A program made the translations under genes and the position numbers. This document shows positions 22,501 through 33,400 of a DNA stretch of 64,000 nucleotides, in pieces. The notes under the pieces were generated by a model. It saw only the letters and a program-made list of their open reading frames with translations. It was not told the origin of the DNA and searched no databases. How positions within the stretch are numbered: the stretch's first letter is position 1; every line of letters starts with the position of its first letter. The stretch spans positions 1,974,201 through 2,038,200 of the forward strand of contig NC_092670.1 in NCBI RefSeq assembly GCF_964355755.1. Reading direction: 5' to 3'. This stretch comes from Antedon mediterranea. Lineage: Eukaryota; Animalia; Echinodermata.

Positions 22501-24509
22501 TTCATAAACATTATTCTCATTTTAATCAACCTTGTTTATGATAACTGAAGTACCATAAACCTTGAATTTAAGCCAAATGGCCTCTTTTTGAGTTGGCTTC
22601 ATTTTGAGATGGGCTTCTTACCAACTAGCTAGTTGTTTTTATTCCATTGACATTCAGTATAGCTCTAAGTAAGCCCATACGTTCCTGAAAAGAAGCGCAG
22701 TGATTCCGAGATGGAGTTCTTTTCGAGATTTTTTAAAACCAAATACAGTAGAAAGCTTATTTTCAATATGGGCTTCTCTTTGAGGTTTCAGGATATATTT
22801 TTGGCTAGGTAATGTTACTATCTGTATACCTACCTATCTTGATCTAACTTCATATTAAGACTTCTTAAGCCTTAACAGTAACTTAACAATGGCTATACAC
22901 TATTTTTTTTCATCCATAGGTTCACTTGCAGTTTAGTATACTATGGCTTGTCTTTGTCATCAGCTACATTAGGTGGTAGTCCCTATGTCAGCTTTGCTCT
23001 CTCTGGTCTTATTGAAATTCCAGCTAACCTCTTTGCCTATGTGTTTATGCGATGGTAAGCCATTATTTTTGCTGACAAAAAGGAATATTATGTTTACTTG
23101 GTTTTATCATGTTTACAACCAAATTTTAGCTAAGTTGCAACTGTTTATCTTCGTTCAAAAAATGTTTCTTTTTTAACAGTTTTGGTCGTAAGCCATGTAT
23201 GTTAGTTTCATATTTCCTTGGTGGAGTCGGTTGTGTTGGCTTGTTGGTCATACAGCCTAACGGTAAGTACAGACTGAAATTTTAATTGGTGTTGACAGAG
23301 TTAGCTGTATTCCAACACAAATTATATTTTCCTTTTTCAGGGAATCCTATTCTGTAAGTTACTTGAATTAACTGTATTTTATTAAATTTTACAGATAGTA
23401 ATAGTAAGACTGCTTTAGCACGCACACTACTGGCAATGATCGGCAAGTTTGGTATATCTAGCGCATTTACTGGCATTTATGTTTATTCTGTGGAGTTGAT
23501 ACCAACAGTTGTTAGGTAATTCCATTTTTTAGTAATGAGTGTATGAATTGAGAAAATACAGCTTTTATTAATACTCTTTTCCAACCTTTTTGTAAGTTAT
23601 TTCAAACTTCTTTTTCAGAAATAGTGGGATGGGTATATGTTCCATGTTTGCTAGGATTGGTGGAATTATTGCTCCTCAACTTGATACAATGGTAAGTATA
23701 TCACCTATCTTGAAAATGGAATCAACCAATACCAAGACACTACTATATTTATTTTTATTTATTTTCCATCTTGAAAATGGAATCAACCAATATCAAGACA
23801 CTACTATATTACTGATCTTAAAAATGGAATCAAGTAATAGTAATGCATTCAATAAATAGTAATGCATTCAATATAGACTATAAATATCACCCATTTTAAA
23901 ATGGAATTAACCAATATTAATGCTTTACTATGTATACTACAAATTACCAAATTTGAAAATAGGATCAACCATTCTCCATCCAAATCATTTAAATTTTTAC
24001 AAAAATATATTTGTGCCATCCAAATTGAACTAATAAGTTTTATTTTAATTTTTGTTTAGGGTAACACTCCAATGTATGTCATATACGGAGTTTCATGCTT
24101 CGTAACGGGTTTTGCAAACTTCTTTCTCCCGGAGACATTAAACAAACCTTTACCAGAGACCATCAATGAGATTGAGGGCGTGCCATACAAGTTAGTAGCG
24201 CAAGACTCTGATGATGAAGACGCGCAAATATTTAGCGATGGGACTAGTGGTGATATGGATTGGGATATTGGTACAGGGTTACTAGAAGGACAAGCGACCT
24301 CTATTGACGATGGCAGACTAGGAGAAAACATAACTCTACATAATCGCCGGAGTAATAGTAATGATTTAGGACACATGTGGGAAATTCGTGGTGAAGGTAA
24401 AACAAATGGAATGATGAACGGTATTGAAATGAAGTCTGTTCATGTATATGATTACGTTGATGATGAAGTTGAAATCCTGTTTCAACGAAGTAACACACAA
24501 AATGATTAG
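19521..24509 (+). CDS. SLC22A15: SLC22-family organic cation/zwitterion transporter, SLC22A15-like; 10 coding exons
   Basis: Phase-consistent exons: 19521-19763, 20331-20536, 20992-21121, 21936-22027, 22244-22465, 22920-23054, 23180-23262, 23395-23515, 23619-23691, 24060-24509. Motifs include [63 protein letters not shown] and LPET. The A15 assignment is from remembered similarity. Confidence 0.88.
20570..20991. repeat. 21-bp minisatellite (tattgtagaattttactgtgg) plus ~120-bp tandem duplication ending at the exon-3 acceptor
   Basis: About 10 units at 20588-20790. The block aaaaaaattgtgacat...ttaagtggttttccttttg occurs at ~20795 and ~20916. Confidence 0.85.
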
Positions 24510-24825
24510 GGTTATGCTTACTATGTATTGGTGTATCGCCAGTCGTCACCTGGACCAAAGAAACCACCAAAAAAAATGATAATAGCATGAGGTACTGTGG
24601 CACGCACACATGCACACACAACTTCACATAATGTGCACAATGAATTAACATGACCTAACTTGGGACCTCTATGTCATAAATCGTCATAAATTTAAAGCTC
24701 CCTCTTAGTAGACAAAGAAAGTACTGTAATTCATTCATTCATCTTTTTATTTTGGAATACCATGATGACATAATATATCCATAGCAAAAGAATAAAAAAA
24801 CCTTAATCTAAGATCTAATAGTACA

Positions 24826-24863
<38 letters not shown>

Positions 24864-24866
<3 letters not shown>

Positions 24867-25030
24867 AAAGGCAAATTACTGAAAAAATGACAATGCTGTG
24901 GGTATCAGTGGCTGAATCTCAATGGGATACAAAAAAAAATTGAAAAGCTAAATCAAAACGATAAAGTAAAACAGCCAGAAAAGTTAGCAGAGCTTTCGGG
25001 CAACACTAGCCCTTCATCAGTGCAAGTGAT
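24864..25030 (-). mobile_element. Penelope-like terminal repeat abutting a (TA)n tract; second copy ~61868-62032, partial third ~58942-58976
   Basis: atccaaaggcaaattactgaaaaaatga(c/a)aatgctgtgggtatcagtggct...cagccagaaaa.ttagcagagctttcgggcaac..tagcccttcat.agtgcaagt is near-identical in two places. (TA)n lies at 24829-24863. The repeat contains a hammerhead motif. Confidence 0.7.
24984..25027 (-). ncRNA. Minimal type I hammerhead ribozyme motif
   Basis: The minus strand reads ttgca-CTGATGA-a-GGGC-tagtgtt-GCCC-GAAA-gcTC-tgc. It has the conserved core, a 4-bp stem II, a palindromic AGCT stem III, a UC cleavage site and a short stem I (gca/tgc). Confidence 0.65.
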
Positions 25031-25344
25031 ATATAAAGTCAATGCAACAAGGCATTCCACTGTATGTGCATTCTTGACACATTAAGAATTTGGCAATTAA
25101 TGGCCATAATCAAGGAATTACTACTTGCGTTCACACAATTTTTAAAACTAAAAACATATTTTCTAATGAACTCATCAAAGGATGGGACGTCATTTAAGAC
25201 AAACATCATGCTTTATTGCACTACTAATTTCTAGGCTGCTTCAGCAGAAAACGTAAGGAATTGTTATAACATACTTTCAATGATCTCAGAGTGCTCTTAT
25301 AATAAAGATTGTACAGTAGGACTAATGGGTAAATATTATTAATA

Positions 25345-25620
25345 TTTATTAATAATTTGTATAGCACACATATCCTATAAAAGTACTCAAGGCGCTAGCA
25401 ACCACATACTGTATCTGATTTAGAATCAGATTTTTTTTATTTATCCATCAATTTCATATGCCTCAGAAAAGAGGTATGATTTTAATGTTTTTTAAAAGAA
25501 TTAATTGTATGGAGATACCGAATCCATTCAGAAACAGCAACCGAAAAAGGTCGATATTGTGAATACATGGTCCTGTACTTTGATGTTGTATTGGCTGCAA
25601 TCAAAATATTACACGTCTGG
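25345..25620 (-). mobile_element. L2-type LINE 3' remnant
   Basis: The reverse complement ends agcgccttgagtac...gtgtgctatacaaattattaataa, an L2-like 3' end. It is preceded by decayed RPFSVAVS..I..LHT..SFKK.LKSYLF-like coding sequence. Confidence 0.5.
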
Positions 25621-26213
25621 ATATTACAGAGTAACTAATTAATGTAAGGAATAAAAATAAAGGGATTCTTATACATTCCAACACTTGCTAACTACGTACA
25701 TGTAAACATTCTTATCTTGTTGATGCAATACTTTTGACACACCTTTATGAAATACAAAGAATTCTATTTTATAAGAAATATTATTAAATACAGTTATTTT
25801 TGTAAAATATATTTATATAATGTGTATAAATGGTAGGTAGGGTAGGTAGTCAAGGGTTTAATATAAGTAAAGTGTCCGATCATGAATATGACGAGAGGAA
25901 ATAATAGGGTAATGGTTTCCTCAACTGAGCCTCTGAGGATTCATTACACCACTGGGCTTTCATGGTATGTTTAAGTTGTGTGATATAATAATTTATAGTA
26001 CTGGCGTACAAGCATGTACAGTAATTTAAACGAGTTCTATAGTATAATTACATATTTCTTTATTCATAAATAAATTTTATTTCCAACTAAATAAAAATCA
26101 TCTGAATGGATATCGGAAAGATATGCAAATCCAAAAAAAATCACATGTCAAATAATTTATATAAAAGACGGCGTACAATATCTTGAAGTGCAATAGTACT
26201 TTTATGACAATAA

Positions 26214-26676
26214 AAATGGTCAAATTGTATTGTAAACTTGCAATAAGCCATGTACGACAATGGTCAAATTGTATTGTAAACTTGCAATAAGCCATGTACG
26301 ACAATGGTCAAATTGTATTGTGAACTTGCAATAAGCCATGTATGACAATGGTCAAATTGTATTGTAAACTTGCAATAAGCCATGTACGACAATGGTCAAA
26401 TTGTATTGTAAACTTGCAATAAGCCATGTACGACAATTGTCAAATTGTATTGTAAACTTGCAATAAGCCACGTACGACAATGGTCAAATTGTATTGTAAA
26501 CTTACAATAAGCCATGTACAACAATGGTCAAATTGTATTGTAAACTTGCAATAAGCCATGTACGACAATGGTCAAATTGTATTGTAAACTTGCAATAAGC
26601 CATGTACGACAATGGTCAAATTGTATTGTAAACTTGCAATAAGCCATGTACGACAATGGTCAAATTGTATTGTAAA
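26214..26676. repeat. 44-bp minisatellite, ~10.5 near-identical copies
   Basis: The unit caatggtcaaattgtattgtaaacttgcaataagccatgtacga is repeated head-to-tail with no spacers. Confidence 0.95.
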
Positions 26677-26987
26677 TAACCAGAAACACATGGTAAATGT
26701 GACCAATTTTATTTATTTATGTTTAGGCCAGTGAAAATAATGTTCTTGTTAAATCACTTTAAAATATTGGTGCTGTATTTTGGTCAATTATCCAATAATT
26801 GTTCTTAGTGAATACAGAGTAGGCCTATGGCCTATTTCCTATGGCCGTATGTGACAGTGACTATACAATGGGGTTATACTTATTGAAAAATGGTTACATG
26901 TCTGTAAAATGTTTAGGACGTTTTATTGCAAACCGAAATGGAGTAAGATCATGTTCCTATTTTTGTACATTTTTATGAATATACTAT

Positions 26988-27672
26988 TTACCTCCGCCAA
27001 GGAGGTATATGTAATCGGTAGCGTGTGTTTGTTTGTTTGTTTGTTTGTTAGCAGGATTACTCAAAAAGTAATTACAAGATCTTTACCAAAATGAATATAA
27101 AATGAATATACAGATAGATGTGTGGTCAAGGACCATTCCATTAAATTTTGGGACCATTGTCCCAATTCTGGACCACTTTTTGGGGTATACTTTTCAGACC
27201 TGCTAGTGTTAAAAGATAGGACATAATTTTTCAAAAGCCGGCGAGCAGTCTTAAAGTAACAAGTATACTGAAATTGCATTTTCTCGAGAACTACTTGTCC
27301 AAAAAACTTCATTTTTGTACAAGAGGCAAGAGTTATAATTTGTGATTTGTAATTTTAAAACATAATTTGATTTAATGTTCACGTTTTTTGATTCCAGTAG
27401 TTTAAAAAACCTATTTTCTTTTCAAATTCACTCGTTTGATTTTCGCGTTGCTGTTCTATTGTTAGTCAACTGAAGCCATTGTTAATTGAAAGGCTTGTTA
27501 CATAACCATTACACCGAAACTCGCATACACATGCTTGTAGTGAAATTAGCCTAAATCACAAACAGCATTAAGACACACACAAATATATATATATTTTTTT
27601 TTTACCGGAGAAATCTTATGTAGGAGAATTTTACAGTAGGCGGAGGTATGCGCTCTCGGAGTGGCTTTCTAG
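26988..27672 (+). mobile_element. Helentron-associated interspersed element (HINE/DINE-like)
   Basis: The 5' end is ttacctccgccaaggaggt followed by a (GTTT)n microsatellite. The 3' end has an inverted subterminal ggcggaggt (27639-27647), a short hairpin and ...ttctag|tt. A degenerate 5' end is also present at ~11481. Confidence 0.75.
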
Positions 27673-28600
27673 TTTTACATGTATTTAAATGTGGTAACTA
27701 TTTTCTGTCTTTTTATTTAAAAGATTATTATTTTATTACAAGTATCTATATTATCTTTTTTCAATTCATATTTTCACCATAATATTTATTTTGTGTATAT
27801 TTATTAATAGAAATAAAAAAGAGTTCAAACAAATTTGTTTATTCATACTGTTTTATTATTTTTCTATGCCTTGCTGACAGGAAAAGTTGGGGTGGGTTAC
27901 TATTTTCGAGGTGCCTAAAGATTATTAATATTAACCCACTACTCTAATAGTACCCTAGTCTGGGTTCCAGACGGAGTTTTGTCTTAATATTAGTAAAAAG
28001 ATATTTTGGCACATATGGCGTTTCATACGTATACTCCTTGATTTTGGATACTAAGACAAAAATCGAAATTCATTCATTCATTCAATCTAGTCTAATAGTA
28101 CCCCTTTTAGTAACTTTTTAAGTAATGGTGGATTATAATAATTTATGATGAGGGTTATTAATGAGTTTGTTTTCTCTGTTGGATAATGTTTGTAATTAAT
28201 CTATGTATTAACTATGTGAACAAATAATAATAAAATAATGTTTAGATAGCACTACAATTTTAATAAAAATAATTACCGGTCTAATAATAATAAAAATAAT
28301 TAGGCATCTATACACAATAAAAATATATACTAATTCAAATAAAACGGATCTAGCAAACCATCTTTTAGTAGGTCTTAGTTTTCTTAAAACACAAATGAAA
28401 CTGTTTTTAATATAAAAATAAAGAAAACGCAAAAAAACACCTGCCAATTGTTAGACGACGAACTGTTGGCTAAAACGAATCGCATTGTTTTGTTATCTTT
28501 ATATATCCGGGAATAAATCCAAGGCTATCACGACTCCATGCACGAACGAAGGCGCGATAAAATGCGCGCCAACCAAAAGAAGGTGACATGTATTATTGTA

Positions 28601-29361
28601 CGCCGTGGCTAAAGATACGGTACCGTATTCTAACTTCTGTTTACTAAAGGTACGGTAAAATTGCATTACGTCATAATCAGCCAATGGGGTGCTGGTACGT
28701 GTGTGACGTCATCGTATAAGGACTTGGGATTTTTTTTTCATATCGCGTCTGTTGTTGGTTGTTGTATATATGTAGAGAATTCCTATCGGCGGCGCCAGGC
28801 TGCGTGGATGTGTGTGCTGCGCTGCAGATGAGGGTTTTATTTTTATTCCAAATGGCCTATTTAGGCCTATATTTTTTTAAAACTTTGTTTACAATGGTGA
28901 CCATAAACAACAAGCAAATGCGGACAATAAAGGAGCCCTTAAATACTATGATTTAGACAGCAGTGTAGCCCCAGGGCTGACGAGTCACAGAAATCAGCGC
29001 ACACATATGCAGCTGGCCACAGCCTGGAATCGCTTTCCCTTCTCTTTTAAAACGGTTTTCTCTATTCTAGAATTAAAATCAACATGGCTTTTCAATAATA
29101 ATAACAGACGTAGGCTACATTTAGTTTTTGTCACACACGACGGCGATAATAGCGATAAATAAAGCATAAAGAAAATGCGGTTGATCACTGTTTTCGCCAT
29201 ACCTCCATGGTTTTCGCGATATGAAAAAAATCCACAAAGTCCTTATACGATGACGTCACACACGTGCCAGCACCCCATTGGCTGGTTATGACGTAATGCA
29301 ATTTTACCGTATCTTTAGTAAACAGAAGTTAGAATACGGTACCGTATCTTTAGCCACAGCG
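28601..29361. mobile_element. Mutator(MULE)-like MITE with ~147-bp TIRs and 9-bp TSD
   Basis: TIRs span 28601-28747 and 29215-29361 (cgccgtggctaaagatacggtaccg.. / ..cggtaccgtatctttagccacagcg). attattgta is duplicated at 28592-28600 and 29362-29370. Confidence 0.88.
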
Positions 29362-29384
29362 ATTATTGTATTTCTGAACACATC

Positions 29385-29620
29385 ATGCGCAACAAAACCA
29401 TGGAAGCATATCAACAGGCGAGCATGTTAAAAAATTACCGGATGATACCCCAATCAAACAAACAATGAAGGAAAGTAAAACGACCAGAGGAAGACCAAGA
29501 AATAATTAATAACTGGATGAACCAAATAAAGAAAGACTTACAAGGACATGTAGACACTAACACAATAAACAGACAAAAATGGAAGCAAATTGTTGAAAGC
29601 GTCGGATACTCGAAGACGGA
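29385..29620 (+). mobile_element. RTE-type LINE 3' remnant
   Basis: Decayed coding sequence DDTPIKQTM..KRPRGRP..WMNQIKKDL...RQKWKQIV, similar to 60134-60415. Confidence 0.5.
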
Positions 29621-30480
29621 AGAGATTAAAAAAAAATACGATACACGGGTTGGGCCAGGTGGGATTGTCAACTCACCAGGCGGACCTGGGCCTAGGATAT
29701 TTTTGTTTTACAAAAAACCTTATTGTGGCTAATTTAAATACTACAATAGATAAGTAAAAAAACACATTTAAATAATAAAACGTGTCCACGGATTATCCAC
29801 GTGATTTCTGTCCTTCACTATTGTTTACAATAATCTCCCTTATTAGGGAATCCCTAGCCATATTTGGGGAGTTCCTACGCCGTATTTGGGATTCCCTTTC
29901 CATATTTGGGGATTCCCTCACCTTATTTGTAACAACTGCTGCCGTTGTATTTGTAGCCAGATCCAGACTGATCCGCTTTTTGCAGGTCCTCCTCGCGTGA
30001 TTTGGCGGAATAATTTTGTACTTACATAAAGTAGATCCATTACAAAAATCACTTAAAAGACACAATTAATTAGCATATTTAATGTTTATTATGCATTCTG
30101 ATAATATAAAATTGTCATTAACATATTTATCTGTGATTTGTATATTTGAATATAAATAAAATAGAAATCTAAACGTAGAATACTTCGCGCGCATTTGTTT
30201 TTGTGTAATAACTTTTTTTTTCACTAAAAACAACAACACCACGATTGACTCACTCTCGCCGTACCGTCGTCAACGTTTGAGTGTGTTTTCGAAGTGTGTC
30301 CTAGCTCTGTTTGCCTGTTGATATGTAGTTTTGTTTGTGCTGTATTTCAACTTTTCTTTTTACAGAAGAACATGTAATTATTGAAAGCATTAAAGAACTA
30401 ATTTGGTGGAACAATTTTCGTGATGATGAGAAAGAATCACAAAGTTTATTTCAAACGGAGGTGACAGATCTCGCGAAAAC

Positions 30481-33400
30481 ATGGAATCCTGTTTTTCAAC
30501 TCCGGGCTGAACTTGCTAATGTATGTATGCCTAGGTACGTAGGCTGCAAAACCCCATCGTATACCATCTCAGCTGTCATCAAAATAGCGTAGTTCTAGCC
30601 TGCAAAAGAGTGCAGAATAATAATAATAATAAAGAATCCGAACTTTTTGCACAAAAAAATATCAGTACAGAAACTCTTCAACATTGAAATGCCAATAGAA
30701 ATTCAAAATTTCAAACCAAGTTTATTTCTAAAGCAGGTTTCAACTTTAGCAGTTTTTAATTTACGTGAAATTAAAGTTTCATCAGCAACAAGCACATTAA
30801 AATCTCAAAAAAGCAAAATGGATACAATTTTAAGTGTGAGTATAAAGACTTTTTTTGTTACAAAAAAAAATAGTTAGGTCTAGGTAGGCCTAGCCTAGCT
30901 AATTTAAAATTGCGCAAGAATACCCATCCCATGACTTATGCAATTTCAAATTGTGCATAAAACACATTTATGATATTATAACGATAAACATGGTTTTCTT
31001 TTATTATTATTAATCTTATAGTCGCCTGTTGTCAAGTCGTTCCTGGCCGGCTCTTTCAGTGGTACTTGTTCTACCATACTATTCCAGCCTTTGGACCTGG
31101 TAAAAACTCGTCTACAGTCATCGGTGGTAATGGACGGCGCCAGCAGTAGTATGCTGAGGACTTTCAACAATGTCGTTCGCAATGAGCACATTCTTGGATT
31201 ATGGAAAGGCATAGTGCCTGTAAGTAAATGTTAGACTTGCCCCAAGTCTGTATTTATTGTCTTTTTTTATATTTATTTGTTTTTATTTCGACCGCGATTT
31301 TTCTCTGAAAATACAGACTTGTGAAACACGTATAGAAATCGATTTGCAGACCGCAAACATCCGATAAGAATGACGTAGGTTATCATACCGTATTTGGCTA
31401 TATGGGGCGGGCGGTATGTAAATATGGATTTCGAATCAACCAATGATCAATTTGTTTCAAAATGAAAAAGATAGAGTACGTAGTGCTGAATGTACGATCA
31501 CAACTCCCTGAACTTCCTGGTACGATCGAGACTGAACAACTGTTGAAATATAAAATCGTGTTGCCAAGTTGTTTTGTTTATTAATTGTTTAGTTCTGGCC
31601 TAGGCCTCCTTCGTAGGGATACTCAACTCGTACGTAGTATGACCTGCCAAATAGAACGCCAATAAGGTACATACCACCACCGACAGGCACACAACAGGGC
31701 TACACCGGCACACAACAGGGCTACACCACCACAAAGAACAGGACAGGGTATGGATGGGTGGGAAATAAATTAAATTATCTCCGCATAATAAATGATCCAT
31801 TCAATGTTTGATTTGCGGAGAAGCTAGCCTATCATATCAAGACGAGTTTTCATGTTCTTGGGAAAAATCCCATCAAATGTTTACCAGACTACTAGGCATA
31901 TAAAATCATTTCTAGGCTAGCTTTCAGAAACTTTCATCAATGTACCCAAGTACACATTGTCTAAACGTAATATAGCGCATGCGCATCGTCTTAGATGTTG
32001 AGTCTTTGAAATTCTGAAATATGAATATTAAAACAGTGTACGAGTGAGTAGCCAATCGCATGCAGCTGAAACTAGTCAACCGGATAATCGTATGCACCAA
32101 GAATTCTTGGTGTCAAACCACGTGACTTGTGCGTGTTTCCCCAGACGGAGTATCCAAACTCAAGTAAAACACGTATGAAACGCCATATGTGCAAAAATAT
32201 TTATATTTTTACTAATATTAAGACAAAACTCCGTCTGGAGCCCAGACTAAGTAAATGTTAACGTAGAAATTTATTTCAGATAACCATATGCAGTATATAC
32301 AGTGTAACATGTACTGTCATTTAAAAAAAAGTATGTTTAACGTTGAATTGCATGATAAAAATGTTGGTAAAAATGAATTCATGACATCTGGTCTATTAGA
32401 AAACAATTATGTAGATTAAGACCTAAATTCAACAAATACATTAATATCACTGCAACAGTTATCAATATAATAATAAATACATTAATAATACCGTAGTTCC
32501 TCGGGTATAATCCCACCTCGAGTATAATCCCACCCCCGACTTTACGATTACCTTCGCACGCAAGCATATCCCCGGGCAAAGTCCCAGTGTATAATTTATC
32601 ATTAGGACAGAGGTAGGCCTAGCTAGCTAGGCCGATTTTTTTTAAAGAAATTCTCACCAAAAAATAGAGTCATTTCTCTGAATTCGGCTGACTTAAAACT
32701 CATCAAACATTGGCCATCGTAAAGTTGAATACAACCTTAATATCATCGCCCCGATCTTCGCGTTCTGCACATCATGCATTCGCCGCACACTCGCTCGCCG
32801 TGTACATACTGCATGCCTTGTTTACACTACTGCTGCATGCTTGATTACCATAAAATAAACACCGCCCTCTATACCGACAGGAGCAGTACTGTAGTTCGTG
32901 TCACATGCAACAACATGCGATTTGCACAGAGCTCGAGCGTGGGGAATCGGGAGGAGAGACGGAGAACTCGTATGGAGTTTTGTCGATATTATTTAGGAAG
33001 CCAGCCCCAGATCACATTTTAGGGTATTTTTTAAGTAGAAATCTGGGAGAAAATCTATACAGTAGGCATAGACCAATTAGGCTGCCTAGGCCTAGATGAC
33101 CTGGCAGTCTAATGTCTAGGCCTACATCGGAATATAGCTTTAGATAGCCTAAATGTTGTCATTTTCAGTTCATGCACCGGGAAATCCCCGGGTATAGTCC
33201 CACCTCCCAAATTCGGGCAAATTTCACGTACAAGGGGGGTGGGATTATACCCGGGGAACTACGGTAATAATATGTAATTTCTATTTATTGTACAAGATGC
33301 GTACAACCTTTGAACATTGTATAGCATGTCATAATTTAACTGTAGATTCTATTAACTGTCCCTGCTCGTTATATACAGTTATAATTAGTGATCTATCAAA

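Noticed and set aside
23341-23353. Possible 13-nt micro-exon (cag|ggaatcctattct|gtaagt) in the SLC22 gene
   Set aside because: It would shift the frame into a stop and leave a 41-nt intron. Exons 7 and 8 join in frame without it.
26214-26676. Regular 44-bp repeats as a CRISPR array
   Set aside because: The units are contiguous and near-identical with no unique spacers, there are no cas genes and the context is eukaryotic. It is a minisatellite.
28976-28998. ctgacgagtcacagaaatc as a hammerhead core (also ctgatgagctag at ~12592)
   Set aside because: The first lacks a pairable stem II and the second lacks GAAA.
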